Part shown: positions 37,152 through 46,917 of the stretch, piece after piece
Numbering within the stretch: position 1 is the first letter of the stretch
Layout of the letters: every line of letters starts with the position of its first letter
From: an uncultured Clostridia bacterium
GTDB taxonomy: Bacteria > Bacillota > Clostridia > TANB77 > CAG-508
DNA length: 64,000 nt
NCBI GenBank assembly: GCA_947626605.1
Contig: CANQSV010000002.1
Location: 7,620-71,619 of the forward strand
Direction: 5' to 3'
Translations under genes and position numbers: made by a program
Notes under the pieces: generated by a model
What the model was told of the DNA's origin: nothing
What the model saw: only the letters and a program-made list of their open reading frames with translations
Databases searched by the model: none

Positions 37152-37445
37152 ATGTTACGACTTGAAGATGCTCTGTTTAATGGTTTGCTGAATACTCAGC
37201 CTTCTAGGATGTGCATTCATTTGAAGCATCTAGAGGAAGCTCTTGATGGTGAGGATTTCCAAGGGATTTCTGACCCTCACATTCAGAGTCGCGTTGCCAG
37301 AGCTAAGCTTTTGGCTCGTGAGTTGAGAGAACTGATTCTTTCTCCAGCATCAGCCGAAAAAGCAGTTAATCTTGAGCACATGAAGTATCGTCTCATAGCA
37401 GAAGAACCCGAAATCGTAAATTGTATCCTTGCATTCACTGCATGA
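37152..37445 (+). CDS. 97-aa hypothetical protein with non-host composition (cassette 2)
   Basis: GAAGGGAG lies 9 nt before the ATG. The frame stays open for 97 codons in a segment of about 43% G+C (hand count). It uses CTG, CGC, GCC, CTC, GAG and CAG codons that are rare in neighbouring genes. The protein looks helical, with no TM and no recognised family. Confidence 0.6.
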   Translation: MLRLEDALFNGLLNTQPSRMCIHLKHLEEALDGEDFQGISDPHIQSRVARAKLLARELRELILSPASAEKAVNLEHMKYRLIAEEPEIVNCILAFTA

Positions 37446-37455
37446 TACGCAAAAA

Positions 37456-37490
37456 CAGAGAGAGGACATTGCCCTCTCTCTGTTTTGTTT
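37456..37490. terminator. bidirectional terminator shared by cassette 2 and tRNA-Gln
   Basis: 10-bp stem CAGAGAGAGG/CCTCTCTCTG with a 7-nt loop. An A-run lies on one side and TTTTGTTTT on the other. Confidence 0.85.
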
Positions 37491-37565
37491 TGGCTGGGGT
37501 ACTAGGATTCGAACCTAGGAATGTCGGAATCAGAATCCGATGCCTTACCGCTTGGCGATACCCCA
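37491..37565 (-). tRNA. tRNA-Gln (anticodon CUG)
   Basis: Hand-folded cloverleaf: TGGGGTA acceptor, GCC/GGC D-stem, anticodon stem-loop TCGGA-TTCTGAT-TCCGA, T-arm CTAGG-TTCGAAT-CCTAG, and an encoded CCA. Confidence 0.95.
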
Positions 37566-37602
37566 ATGTAAATTTAATGATAAAGCTTGGCGATACCCCA
37601 AT
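37550..37602. repeat. 18-nt direct repeat duplicating the 5' end of tRNA-Gln
   Basis: GCTTGGCGATACCCCAAT occurs at 37550-37567 (the first 16 nt of the tRNA plus 2) and again at 37585-37602. Confidence 0.85.
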
Positions 37603-37695
37603 ATATATCGCATTACCTTTTTATTTTATCACATTGTTTTTGTAAAATCTAGAGTTTTTTAGCAATTTGTCAGAATAACATCTTTATTGTTTTTG

Positions 37696-37731
37696 TGCTG
37701 ACGGGAGACCAGCCTCAGCAAATGGTCTCCC
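37696..37731. repeat. GC-rich stem-loop with two crossing pairings
   Basis: TGCTGA (37696-37701) pairs with TCAGCA (37715-37720). GGGAGACC (37703-37710) pairs with GGTCTCCC (37724-37731). Confidence 0.7.
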
Positions 37732-37764
37732 GATATATTTCTTTGTATTTTTATTTGTCTTGTT

Positions 37765-37783
37765 GGGCGACCAATGGTCGCCC
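37765..37783. repeat. GC-rich stem-loop GGGCGACC-aat-GGTCGCCC
   Basis: Perfect 8-bp GC stem with no adjacent T-run on either strand. Same stem family as 9371-9388 and 53058-53074. Confidence 0.7.
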
Positions 37784-37853
37784 ATTTGTACTTAACTCTA
37801 CCCCTTACATTTAATAATATATCTATTTAATATCGGTTGTTGAGAATATTCTT

Positions 37854-39884
37854 TTACCAAGAACCTCCTCCGCCTCCACCAGAGCCGCCTCCTGATGAAC
37901 CGCCTCCACTAAATCCTCCTGATGAACTACCACCACCACTACTTGTTGATGGGCTTGATATCATTGCATTTTGTGCTGATTTCATTGTATTATTCATAAA
38001 GTTATTAAATGTTCCTACACTAAATCCTGCACTACTATCATACCAATCAGGTGCTCTCATGGCAATTGTTTCAAATTGATTCATCCATATTTCTGATACT
38101 CCTAGAGCATAGGTATATGGCAATATGTTGTAAAAATATTCGGGATTCTGTTCGACTAAACTTTCAAGTTGTTCTTTCTCGGCAGTTTCCAAAAATCTTT
38201 TAAAACCTCTTATTCTTCCAAGCATTTCATTTCCGTATTTGGTTCTCTTAGGCATTATTTTTATAAATAACATTAATAAAGCTATACATATAATTCCTAT
38301 TATGTATGTTAATAAATATATCGGATAATATGTTAGTGATGGTAATACTATAAAAGCCCATGGGACTCCACCAAATCCTAAGCCCCATATCAGAGCAAAA
38401 ATCTTCGCAAATATTTCTCTATTCATCAAAAAGATAAACAATGATATTGAAAAGCCCAATCCAGGAAATATTATTGCAAATGGTAGAAATGCTCCCCCAG
38501 CAAAGTCCATTACTGGCTTAACCGTTATTAAGATAAATATTGCAATAATCATAAAAATAAGATATTTGTATTTTCCTGAAGCCATTGATTCAAAAATCTT
38601 ATTTTTATTTTCTTTAGTATTTAGTATTGAGCTAATCTTTCCTATTGTTTTATAGAATTTATCATATAAATCACTAATTATTACACTCTCTTTACCTTCT
38701 GCACTTTCTGCTTCCTTTTCTTCTTCTTTTTCTGCTCTTTTTTTTGCTTCTTCCCAAGAAATTGTATTTCCTCTTCTTTTTTCAGCTCTTTGAATATCAC
38801 TTGCTCTGATTAAAGTTCCTTTTGAATTTGAATGTTCAAATAATCCATTAAAGAATATTCTTTCACATTCATTATCTCCATCATACTCTTTAAGCTTAAT
38901 TATTCTAGCTACTTTTGCTGTTGAAAATAAAACTTTTTGTTCTGTTTCTTCTATTTTTAAATATCCCTTATCTGCTAAATATACTAGTAAAGAAATTATA
39001 CTTTCTTCACTTGCTTCTCCCTCATATAAAAAGCCTATTTCTGCTGAATTAAAGCCTTCTGGCGGATAAAATTCAACTGTTTCTATTACTTCATCATCTT
39101 TTCCATACTTCTGCCATATTAGAAAAGCAATTGAAGCACATCCTATAGAAAATACTATTACAAATATTGAATATATATCAAAATTCGAACTTGCTCCAAC
39201 AAAATATCCATCTGGTAATGTAAGTCTGATAGTTAAACCTTCTCCTGCTTTTAAAGTGCTTCCTAAAGTTCCTGTAATTTTATTTCCTTCTACTTCATAT
39301 TTTAACTCACTTGGATAAGCATTACTTCCCTTAGAACCTGTTGTAAATCCTAATGTTGATTTATCAAATTCTTTTGGCATTTTTATATTAAATGTTAGTC
39401 CACTAATTGTTGTATCCCATTCGTTTCCTATAAGATTAAAATACAATTCATCTGCATTTTTTACTGGATCTTTTCCTATATTGTATGTATATTTTATTGT
39501 ATATGTATGGCTTCCAGTAATAGTTGAATTAGCATTTCCAATTTGTATAACTTCATATCCATTTTCCTTTGACGTTGTATATTCATTATTTACAGCAATA
39601 TTGGTTATTTTGACTCTATTAGAAGATTTTGAGCCATCTTCTCGTATTATTGAATTTTTCAATGGTATTTTTCTATATATTCCGTGTTTTGGAACATTAA
39701 AATATGCTGTTATTGTTTCTGTTATATCAAAAGTATTATTTTCATTTACTACCATATCAATATTATAACTTTGAATTTCATATTCATTATCATAATTTGA
39801 TATTGCTAATGAAGCATTCGGCACTAATGCTATTAGTGCTAAAAATATTAAAATTAAAAATAATTTTAGGTATACCTTTCTCAT
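37854..39884 (-). CDS. DUF2207-family membrane protein with a Gly/Ser-rich C-terminal tail
   Basis: 676 aa. Signal peptide, a large extracytoplasmic beta-rich domain, TM segments and a GGGSSSGGFSGGGSSGGGSGGGGGGSW tail. It is immediately downstream of lemA, the usual partnership. Confidence 0.8.
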   Translation of the reverse strand: MRKVYLKLFLILIFLALIALVPNASLAISNYDNEYEIQSYNIDMVVNENNTFDITETITAYFNVPKHGIYRKIPLKNSIIREDGSKSSNRVKITNIAVNNEYTTSKENGYEVIQIGNANSTITGSHTYTIKYTYNIGKDPVKNADELYFNLIGNEWDTTISGLTFNIKMPKEFDKSTLGFTTGSKGSNAYPSELKYEVEGNKITGTLGSTLKAGEGLTIRLTLPDGYFVGASSNFDIYSIFVIVFSIGCASIAFLIWQKYGKDDEVIETVEFYPPEGFNSAEIGFLYEGEASEESIISLLVYLADKGYLKIEETEQKVLFSTAKVARIIKLKEYDGDNECERIFFNGLFEHSNSKGTLIRASDIQRAEKRRGNTISWEEAKKRAEKEEEKEAESAEGKESVIISDLYDKFYKTIGKISSILNTKENKNKIFESMASGKYKYLIFMIIAIFILITVKPVMDFAGGAFLPFAIIFPGLGFSISLFIFLMNREIFAKIFALIWGLGFGGVPWAFIVLPSLTYYPIYLLTYIIGIICIALLMLFIKIMPKRTKYGNEMLGRIRGFKRFLETAEKEQLESLVEQNPEYFYNILPYTYALGVSEIWMNQFETIAMRAPDWYDSSAGFSVGTFNNFMNNTMKSAQNAMISSPSTSSGGGSSSGGFSGGGSSGGGSGGGGGGSW

Positions 39885-39885
39885 T

Positions 39886-40434
39886 CTATAAATCCACCTT
39901 TACATTTACTTTTTCTTCTTCATTTGCCTGAAACATATTATAAGTTTTAAAACCAAATAATTTTGCAACTATGTTGCTTGGAAACATTTGATTTTTATTA
40001 TTAAAATTTCTTACAGTTCCATTATAATATTTCCTGCTATTGGCAATTTCATCTTCTACTTGTATTAGATTTTTACTTAAATTCAAAAAATTTTCACTTG
40101 CTTTTAAATCTGGATAGTTTTCTGAAATCGCCATTATTTTTGATAAACTTTGAGTAATTTGTTCGTTTACATTTATTTTTTTGTTCATAGTCATACCATC
40201 ATAGCTATTAGCTCTAATTGATGCTAATTGTTCAAAAACATCTTCTTCATGTTTAGCATAGCCTTTTACAACTTCCACTAAATTTGGAATCAAATCCCAT
40301 CTTTTCTTTAAATAAACATCCATTGTTGAAAAAGCTTCTTTTACTAGATTTCTTGACTTTGTTAGACTATTATATGTGATAAAAACATATAATACTAATA
40401 AAGCAATTACTCCTATTAATACATAAACTCCCAT
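39886..40434 (-). CDS. lemA: LemA family protein
   Basis: 182 aa. N-terminal TM plus a LemA-like helical domain (DVYLKKRWDLIPNLVE, NSRKYYNGTVRNFN). Confidence 0.85.
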   Translation of the reverse strand: MGVYVLIGVIALLVLYVFITYNSLTKSRNLVKEAFSTMDVYLKKRWDLIPNLVEVVKGYAKHEEDVFEQLASIRANSYDGMTMNKKINVNEQITQSLSKIMAISENYPDLKASENFLNLSKNLIQVEDEIANSRKYYNGTVRNFNNKNQMFPSNIVAKLFGFKTYNMFQANEEEKVNVKVDL

Positions 40435-40547
40435 TAGACCTCTCCTCTTTTTGTATTTTCCAATTGCTTTTAGTATATATTAAAGACAAAAAAATGTAAA
40501 TAAAAAACTCCTATAAAACATTATTTTTATAAGAGTTTTTTTATAAA

Positions 40548-42482
40548 TTATCTTCCGTAATTTTTTATTTCTTCTAGGATTTTTTCTGTAAATTCTTTTA
40601 CATTAACTGCTCCTATATCTCCATCTTTTCTTGAACGAACTCCAACTGTATTTGATTCTTTTTCTTTATCTCCTACTACTAACATATATGGTACTTTTTG
40701 TAATTGTGCTTCACGGATTTTATACCCTATTTTTTCATTTCTATTATCTACTTCTACTCTTATTCCATGTTTTAGCAATTCTGCTTTTACTGAATCTGCA
40801 TATTCAATATGTGCATCTGCTATTGGTAGTATTTTTACTTGTACTGGACAAAGCCATGTTGGCAATATTCCTTTTGTTTCTTCTATTAGGAATGACATAA
40901 ATCTATCTGATGAACCTAATATTGCTCTGTGTATAACAACTGGTCTATGCTCTTTTCCATCTTCTCCTACATATGTTAAATCAAATCTTTCTGGTAATGC
41001 AAAGTCTAATTGACATGTTGGAATTGTTACATCATGATTTAATGCTGTTTTTATTTGTATATCAATCTTTGGTCCATAAAAAGCTGCTTCTCCCTCTGCT
41101 TCATAGAATTCAATTTTTAATTCGTTCAATATTTCTCTTAACTGACTTTCTGCAGTTTCCCACATTTCATCATTATCTATATATTTTTCTTTGTTATTTT
41201 TATCTCTTAAAGATAATCTAAATTTGAAAGCTTCACTTGGGAATCCAAAGTCTTTTTGATAAACTTCAAATATTAAATTTAATACTTTTCCAACTTCTTC
41301 TTTTATTTGATCTGGTCTTACAAATAAATGTGCATCATTTTGACACATTTGACGAACACGCTCTAATCCACAAACTGCTCCACTATTTTCGTATCTAAAA
41401 TCATGTGCAAGTTCTCCAATTTTTATTGGTAAATCTTTATATGAACGTAATTCACTCTTGTATATTAACATATGATGTGGGCAATTCATTGGTCTTAAAA
41501 CCATTTCTTCTGTATCCATTTTCATTACTGGAAACATATCATCTTTATAGTGATCCCAGTGCCCACTTGTTTTATACAATTCGACATTTGCAAGTGATGG
41601 TGTATATACATGTTGATATCCTAATGATAATTCTTTATCTTGTATATATCTTTCTAGTATTCTCCTTATTGTTGCTCCATTTGGTAAGTACATTGGTAAA
41701 CCTGCACCTACTAATTTGTGTGTCATAAACAATTTTAATTCTTTTCCTATTTTTCTATGATCACGTTCTTTTGCTTCTTCTTGTAATCTTAAAAATTCTT
41801 CTAATTCGCTATTCTTAGGGAAAGCTATTGCGTATATTCTTTGAAGCATTTTATTTTTTTCGTTTCCTCTCCAATATGCACCTGAATTATTTAATAATTT
41901 TACTGCCTTTACTTTACCTGTACTCATTAAATGAGGACCTGCACAAAGATCAGTAAAATCTCCTTGTTTATAGAATGATATTTCTTCACCCTCAGGTAAA
42001 TCGTTTATTAATTCTACTTTATATGGTTGATCTGCCATTAGCTTTAGTGCCTCATCTTTTGATAGTGAAAATCTTTCTATTGGTAAATCTTCTTTTATTA
42101 TCTTTTTCATTTCTGCTTCGATTTTTTCTTTATCTTCATCGTTAAAATTTTCTGTTACATCAAAATCATAATAGAATCCTTCATCTATTGCTGGACCTAT
42201 TGCAAATTTTGCATCTGGGAATAATCTTTGAACAGCTTGTGCCATTATATGTGATGTTGTATGCCAGTATGCTTTTTTACCTTCTAAACTGCTTTCAAAT
42301 GTTTCAATAGTTAATTCACAGTCTTCTTCAATTTTAAATCTTAAATCTTCTGTTCTTCCATTAACCTTGCCACAAGTTGCTACTCTTGCTAAACCTTCGC
42401 TTATTTTTTTTGCTACTTCTATTATTGAACTTCCTTTCTCAACCTCAATAATAGAACCATCCTTTAATGTTACTTTTACCAT
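40548..42482 (-). CDS. thrS: threonine--tRNA ligase
   Basis: TGS domain, the editing-domain HxxxH motif (HTTSHIM), a class II core and an anticodon-binding domain. The start is refined to ATG 42482, with GGAGG 5 nt upstream. Confidence 0.95.
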   Translation of the reverse strand: MVKVTLKDGSIIEVEKGSSIIEVAKKISEGLARVATCGKVNGRTEDLRFKIEEDCELTIETFESSLEGKKAYWHTTSHIMAQAVQRLFPDAKFAIGPAIDEGFYYDFDVTENFNDEDKEKIEAEMKKIIKEDLPIERFSLSKDEALKLMADQPYKVELINDLPEGEEISFYKQGDFTDLCAGPHLMSTGKVKAVKLLNNSGAYWRGNEKNKMLQRIYAIAFPKNSELEEFLRLQEEAKERDHRKIGKELKLFMTHKLVGAGLPMYLPNGATIRRILERYIQDKELSLGYQHVYTPSLANVELYKTSGHWDHYKDDMFPVMKMDTEEMVLRPMNCPHHMLIYKSELRSYKDLPIKIGELAHDFRYENSGAVCGLERVRQMCQNDAHLFVRPDQIKEEVGKVLNLIFEVYQKDFGFPSEAFKFRLSLRDKNNKEKYIDNDEMWETAESQLREILNELKIEFYEAEGEAAFYGPKIDIQIKTALNHDVTIPTCQLDFALPERFDLTYVGEDGKEHRPVVIHRAILGSSDRFMSFLIEETKGILPTWLCPVQVKILPIADAHIEYADSVKAELLKHGIRVEVDNRNEKIGYKIREAQLQKVPYMLVVGDKEKESNTVGVRSRKDGDIGAVNVKEFTEKILEEIKNYGR

Positions 42483-42496
42483 AAAAACCTCCATTC

Positions 42497-42758
42497 TTAC
42501 CTATTAGGAGTTTATTATATTATAGAGTTTTTCTAAAATATAAAAACTCCTATAGATAAATTAAATTATCCATAGGAGTGCTTTATTGCACGGTTCCATC
42601 CCATTTTTTTCTTAATTATAGATTATAACGTATCTTAAACGTCTAGCTTATTCACTAGCATCTTAAAGAGTTAGTTTTCAAATACAGTTATTAAAATTAG
42701 CTTTCAGCCAGTGACTAATTCTCTCTTGTAACACTTTGCATTTTACTCTTCTCTTACT
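42497..42758 (-). promoter_or_regulatory. T-box leader (Thr specifier) controlling thrS
   Basis: The reverse strand shows AGAGA and AGT stem-I elements and a candidate specifier ACU in GAAAACUAAC (42673-42675). A T-box-like UGGGAUGGAACCGUGCAA (42586-42603) precedes a terminator hairpin (42546-42580) and a U-run. Confidence 0.75.
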
Positions 42759-42774
42759 GATTTTATTGTATATT

Positions 42775-42804
42775 ATTATACAACTATTTTTAAGATAAAG
42801 TCAA
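42775..42804 (-). promoter_or_regulatory. candidate thrS promoter (TTGACT-18-TATAAT)
   Basis: Reverse strand reads TTGACTttatcttaaaaatagttgTATAAT. Confidence 0.5.
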
Positions 42805-42838
42805 GTCCAAAATTTTACATAAATAATAGCATTTTTGC

Positions 42839-42867
42839 TTGAAAAAGCCATATAGTTGTGTTACAAT
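42839..42867 (+). promoter_or_regulatory. candidate eno promoter (TTGAAA-17-TACAAT)
   Basis: TTGAAAaagccatatagttgtgtTACAAT, about 80 nt upstream of the eno ATG. Confidence 0.45.
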
Positions 42868-42945
42868 GTCAAGTGCAGTAAATTTTGCTTATAAAAAAGC
42901 GGAACTAAAATTTTACATCATAAATTATTTTTAAGGAGGTCTTAA

Positions 42946-44256
<1,311 letters not shown>

Positions 44257-44285
44257 TATTAAAGGATAAAATTCCTACACAAAAA

Positions 44286-44318
44286 CACACATATAGATTT
44301 CTATATGTGTGTTTTTTT
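44286..44318. terminator. bidirectional terminator between eno and the DUF600-like gene
   Basis: CACACATATAG-attt-CTATATGTGTG, flanked by an A-run and a T-run. Confidence 0.8.
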
Positions 44319-45207
44319 ATTGTCCTAAAAGCTGATTTCTTATTTTTGGTTTTTCTTCTTTATTTTCTAGATCTTCATTACTTTTTTTATTTTTAACTTT
44401 TAAATTATCTTTCTTATTTTTCTTTTCGCTATGTTCTATTCTTTTATTCTTGTCATTTTCTTTAAGTTTTACTTTTTCTGTCTTTTTAATCTTTGAAGCT
44501 TTGATTTTATTTTGATCTTTATTTTTTTTATTTTCTAACAATTCCTGTTTTTTTAATTTTTTTGCTTCTCTTAGTTTTGCTTTTTTATCCTCTTCTGCTG
44601 CTAAAATCTTCAATTTTTCTCTATATTCTGTGTTAAAATCTACAATATTAGTTTCTGGTCTTACATAAAATGGTTCTACATATGTTTTTGTTTTTCTCTT
44701 GTTGATTTGCTCTCTTTCTAAGTATCTTTCTAGTATTTTTCGTTCTTTTCTTCTATATGCACTTAAATCATTTCTTAAATATTTAAACTGCCATATTAAA
44801 TTTCTTTCAACATCTGAAAATTCTGATTTTCTTAAATCTTCATAATCAAATTCAACTTTAAATTGAAAGCTCTCTATAGAAATAGTTAAATTAGACCATG
44901 GCTCTTCACCCATTTTTATCATGTTTTCTCTTAATCTTTGAATTTCATGATATAGACTATCAGCTAATTTTAAATACATCTCATCTTCCAAGTTGAATTT
45001 TCCTGGAACTTCGTATACATTAATTGGATTTTTCTTTATTACACTTTTGGGATAATAATAGAAAAACATTTCTCCTGTTTCTATCTTATTAATTCCATCA
45101 ATTATAGATACATACAGATATACTTTGTCCCATTTTTCAGGAATCATATTACATATTTTCTTTTCTATTTCTTCATATATTTTACCAATTTTTTTTGCAG
45201 TTACCAA
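44317..45207 (-). CDS. DUF600/YezG-like immunity-family domain with a long Lys-rich C-terminal tail
   Basis: 296 aa. The N-terminal ~150 aa show IPEKWDKVYLY, GEMFFYYYP and EEPW blocks reminiscent of YezG/DUF600 immunity proteins. The C-terminal half is K/E/N low complexity. No LXG-type toxin gene is nearby. Confidence 0.55.
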   Translation of the reverse strand: MVTAKKIGKIYEEIEKKICNMIPEKWDKVYLYVSIIDGINKIETGEMFFYYYPKSVIKKNPINVYEVPGKFNLEDEMYLKLADSLYHEIQRLRENMIKMGEEPWSNLTISIESFQFKVEFDYEDLRKSEFSDVERNLIWQFKYLRNDLSAYRRKERKILERYLEREQINKRKTKTYVEPFYVRPETNIVDFNTEYREKLKILAAEEDKKAKLREAKKLKKQELLENKKNKDQNKIKASKIKKTEKVKLKENDKNKRIEHSEKKNKKDNLKVKNKKSNEDLENKEEKPKIRNQLLGQ

Positions 45208-45256
45208 ATAACTTCCTCCTAAAAAACAAAACTAATCTTTTCTTTAATTATCTAAA

Positions 45257-45289
45257 CATAGAAACTTTTCTTTCTGAAAAGTTTCTATG
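45257..45289 (-). terminator. hairpin downstream of gpmI
   Basis: 13-bp stem CATAGAAACTTTT/AAAAGTTTCTATG. The following U-tract on the minus strand is weak. Confidence 0.5.
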
Positions 45290-45297
45290 CAATATTT

Positions 45298-46830
45298 TTA
45301 TTTTTTTATTAATAAACTTTCTCCTGTCATTTCTTGTGGTTTTTCAACATTCATAATATCTAACATAGTAGGTGCTAAATCTGCAAGTTTACCATTTTTT
45401 AATTTAACTCCCTCCATGCCAATTAAAATTAATGGTACCGGATTTGTAGTATGTGCAGTATGAGGTTCACCTGTTTTATAGTCTATCATTTGTTCTGCAT
45501 TACCATGGTCTGCCGTAATTAATAGCCTTCCCTCTTTTTTATTAACAATATCTACTACTCTTCCAACGCATTCATCAACTGCTTCTAATGCCTTGACAGC
45601 TGCTTCTAAATTTCCTGTATGCCCTACCATATCTGGATTAGCATAATTTAAAATTATACAATCATACTTATCTGAATCTATTGCTTCTACTACTTTATCT
45701 GTAACTTCATATGCACTCATTTCTGGTTTTAAATCATATGTTTCTACTTTTGGAGATGGAACTAAAATTCTATCTTCATTTTTATATTGTTGTTCTTTTC
45801 CTCCATTAAAGAAAAATGTAACATGTGCATATTTTTCAGTTTCTGCAATTCTTAATTGTGTATATCCTAAATCACTTATATATTCTCCAAATGTATTTTT
45901 TAATACTGTTGGTTTGAATGCTACATTAACATTTGGCATTGTTTCATCATATTGGGTCATACATACAAAATTTAAGTTTAGCTTTTTGGTTTCAAACTCA
46001 TTAAAATCTTTATCTACTAAAGTTCTTGTTATTTCTCTAGCTCTATCTGGTCTAAAGTTGAAAAAGATTACAGAGTCATTCTCTGACATTGTTGCAACAG
46101 GTTTTTCTCCATTATATATAACTGTTGGTTCAACAAATTCATCAAAAGTTTCTTGTTGATATGAATTTTCTATAGCTGTTAGTGCTGAATTTGCTTTTAT
46201 TCCTATACCATTTACTAGTGCATCATATGCCTTTTTTATTCTTTCCCATCTTTTATCTCTATCCATTGCATAAAATCTTCCTGTAATAGTTGCAATTTTT
46301 CCTGTTCCTTTTTCTTTCATTTTTTCTGCTAATTGTGCAATATACATTTCTGCTGATGCTGGTGGAGTATCTCTTCCATCTAAGAAGCAATGAACAAATA
46401 CGTCTTCAAATCCTTTTCTTTTTGCTAATTCTAGTAAAGCATATAAATGTCTATTATGACTATGAACTCCTCCATCTGATAACAATCCCATTATGTGTAA
46501 TTTAGAGTTGTTTTTCTTACAGTTTTCTATTGCTTTTACAAATTCAGGAATACTGAAGAAATCTCCATCTTCTATTGATTTTGTTATTCTTGTTAGTTCT
46601 TGATAAACAATTCTTCCAGCCCCTATATTTGTATGACCTACTTCAGAATTTCCCATTTGTCCTTCTGGAAGCCCAACATCTAATTCGCTTGCATGTAGTT
46701 CTGACATTGGATATGTTTTCATTAGTTTATCTATGTTTGGAGTTTTTGCTATTGCTACTGCATTTCCATCTTTTTTTTCATTTTTTCCAAATCCATCTAA
46801 TATCATTAGCATTGTTAATTTATCTTTCAT
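45298..46830 (-). CDS. gpmI: 2,3-bisphosphoglycerate-independent phosphoglycerate mutase
   Basis: 510 aa. Contains [24 protein letters not shown] and related iPGM motifs. Confidence 0.95.
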   Translation of the reverse strand: MKDKLTMLMILDGFGKNEKKDGNAVAIAKTPNIDKLMKTYPMSELHASELDVGLPEGQMGNSEVGHTNIGAGRIVYQELTRITKSIEDGDFFSIPEFVKAIENCKKNNSKLHIMGLLSDGGVHSHNRHLYALLELAKRKGFEDVFVHCFLDGRDTPPASAEMYIAQLAEKMKEKGTGKIATITGRFYAMDRDKRWERIKKAYDALVNGIGIKANSALTAIENSYQQETFDEFVEPTVIYNGEKPVATMSENDSVIFFNFRPDRAREITRTLVDKDFNEFETKKLNLNFVCMTQYDETMPNVNVAFKPTVLKNTFGEYISDLGYTQLRIAETEKYAHVTFFFNGGKEQQYKNEDRILVPSPKVETYDLKPEMSAYEVTDKVVEAIDSDKYDCIILNYANPDMVGHTGNLEAAVKALEAVDECVGRVVDIVNKKEGRLLITADHGNAEQMIDYKTGEPHTAHTTNPVPLILIGMEGVKLKNGKLADLAPTMLDIMNVEKPQEMTGESLLIKK

Positions 46831-46917
46831 ACTGTTTTTACCCCTCTTTTTTCATCATTCTAACAATCTACATAAGTGAGTACTTATCGTCTCTACATCT
46901 GTAATTTAACCTAAAAA

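Noticed and set aside
37107-37490. The three GC-elevated cassettes could be housekeeping stable RNAs. Their transcript sizes of about 250, 385 and 315 nt resemble SRP RNA, RNase P RNA and tmRNA, and 6S RNA was also considered.
   Set aside because: None of the expected signatures could be found: no GAGGAAAGUCC or ACAGAA RNase P boxes, no tRNA-like GGGG...TTCGA...CCA ends for tmRNA, and no GGUCCGGAAGGAAGCAGC SRP domain IV. I also saw no convincing long-range 5'/3' closing helix. Each unit instead has a strong SD at correct spacing, an ATG and an ORF ending just before the terminator. A covariance-model scan would settle this; a novel sRNA cannot be fully excluded.
20388-37565. The adhesin/sortase island could be a classical tRNA-Gln-integrated genomic island or prophage.
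   Set aside because: There is no integrase, recombinase or phage gene. I found no direct repeat of the tRNA 3' end at the distal boundary, and the only tRNA-derived repeat is of the 5' end. The island label is kept only as a descriptive term.
37837-38079. An 80-aa poly-proline ORF (PPPPPEPPPDEPPP...).
   Set aside because: It is the antisense reading of the Gly/Ser-rich tail of the DUF2207 gene, which is the well-supported frame.
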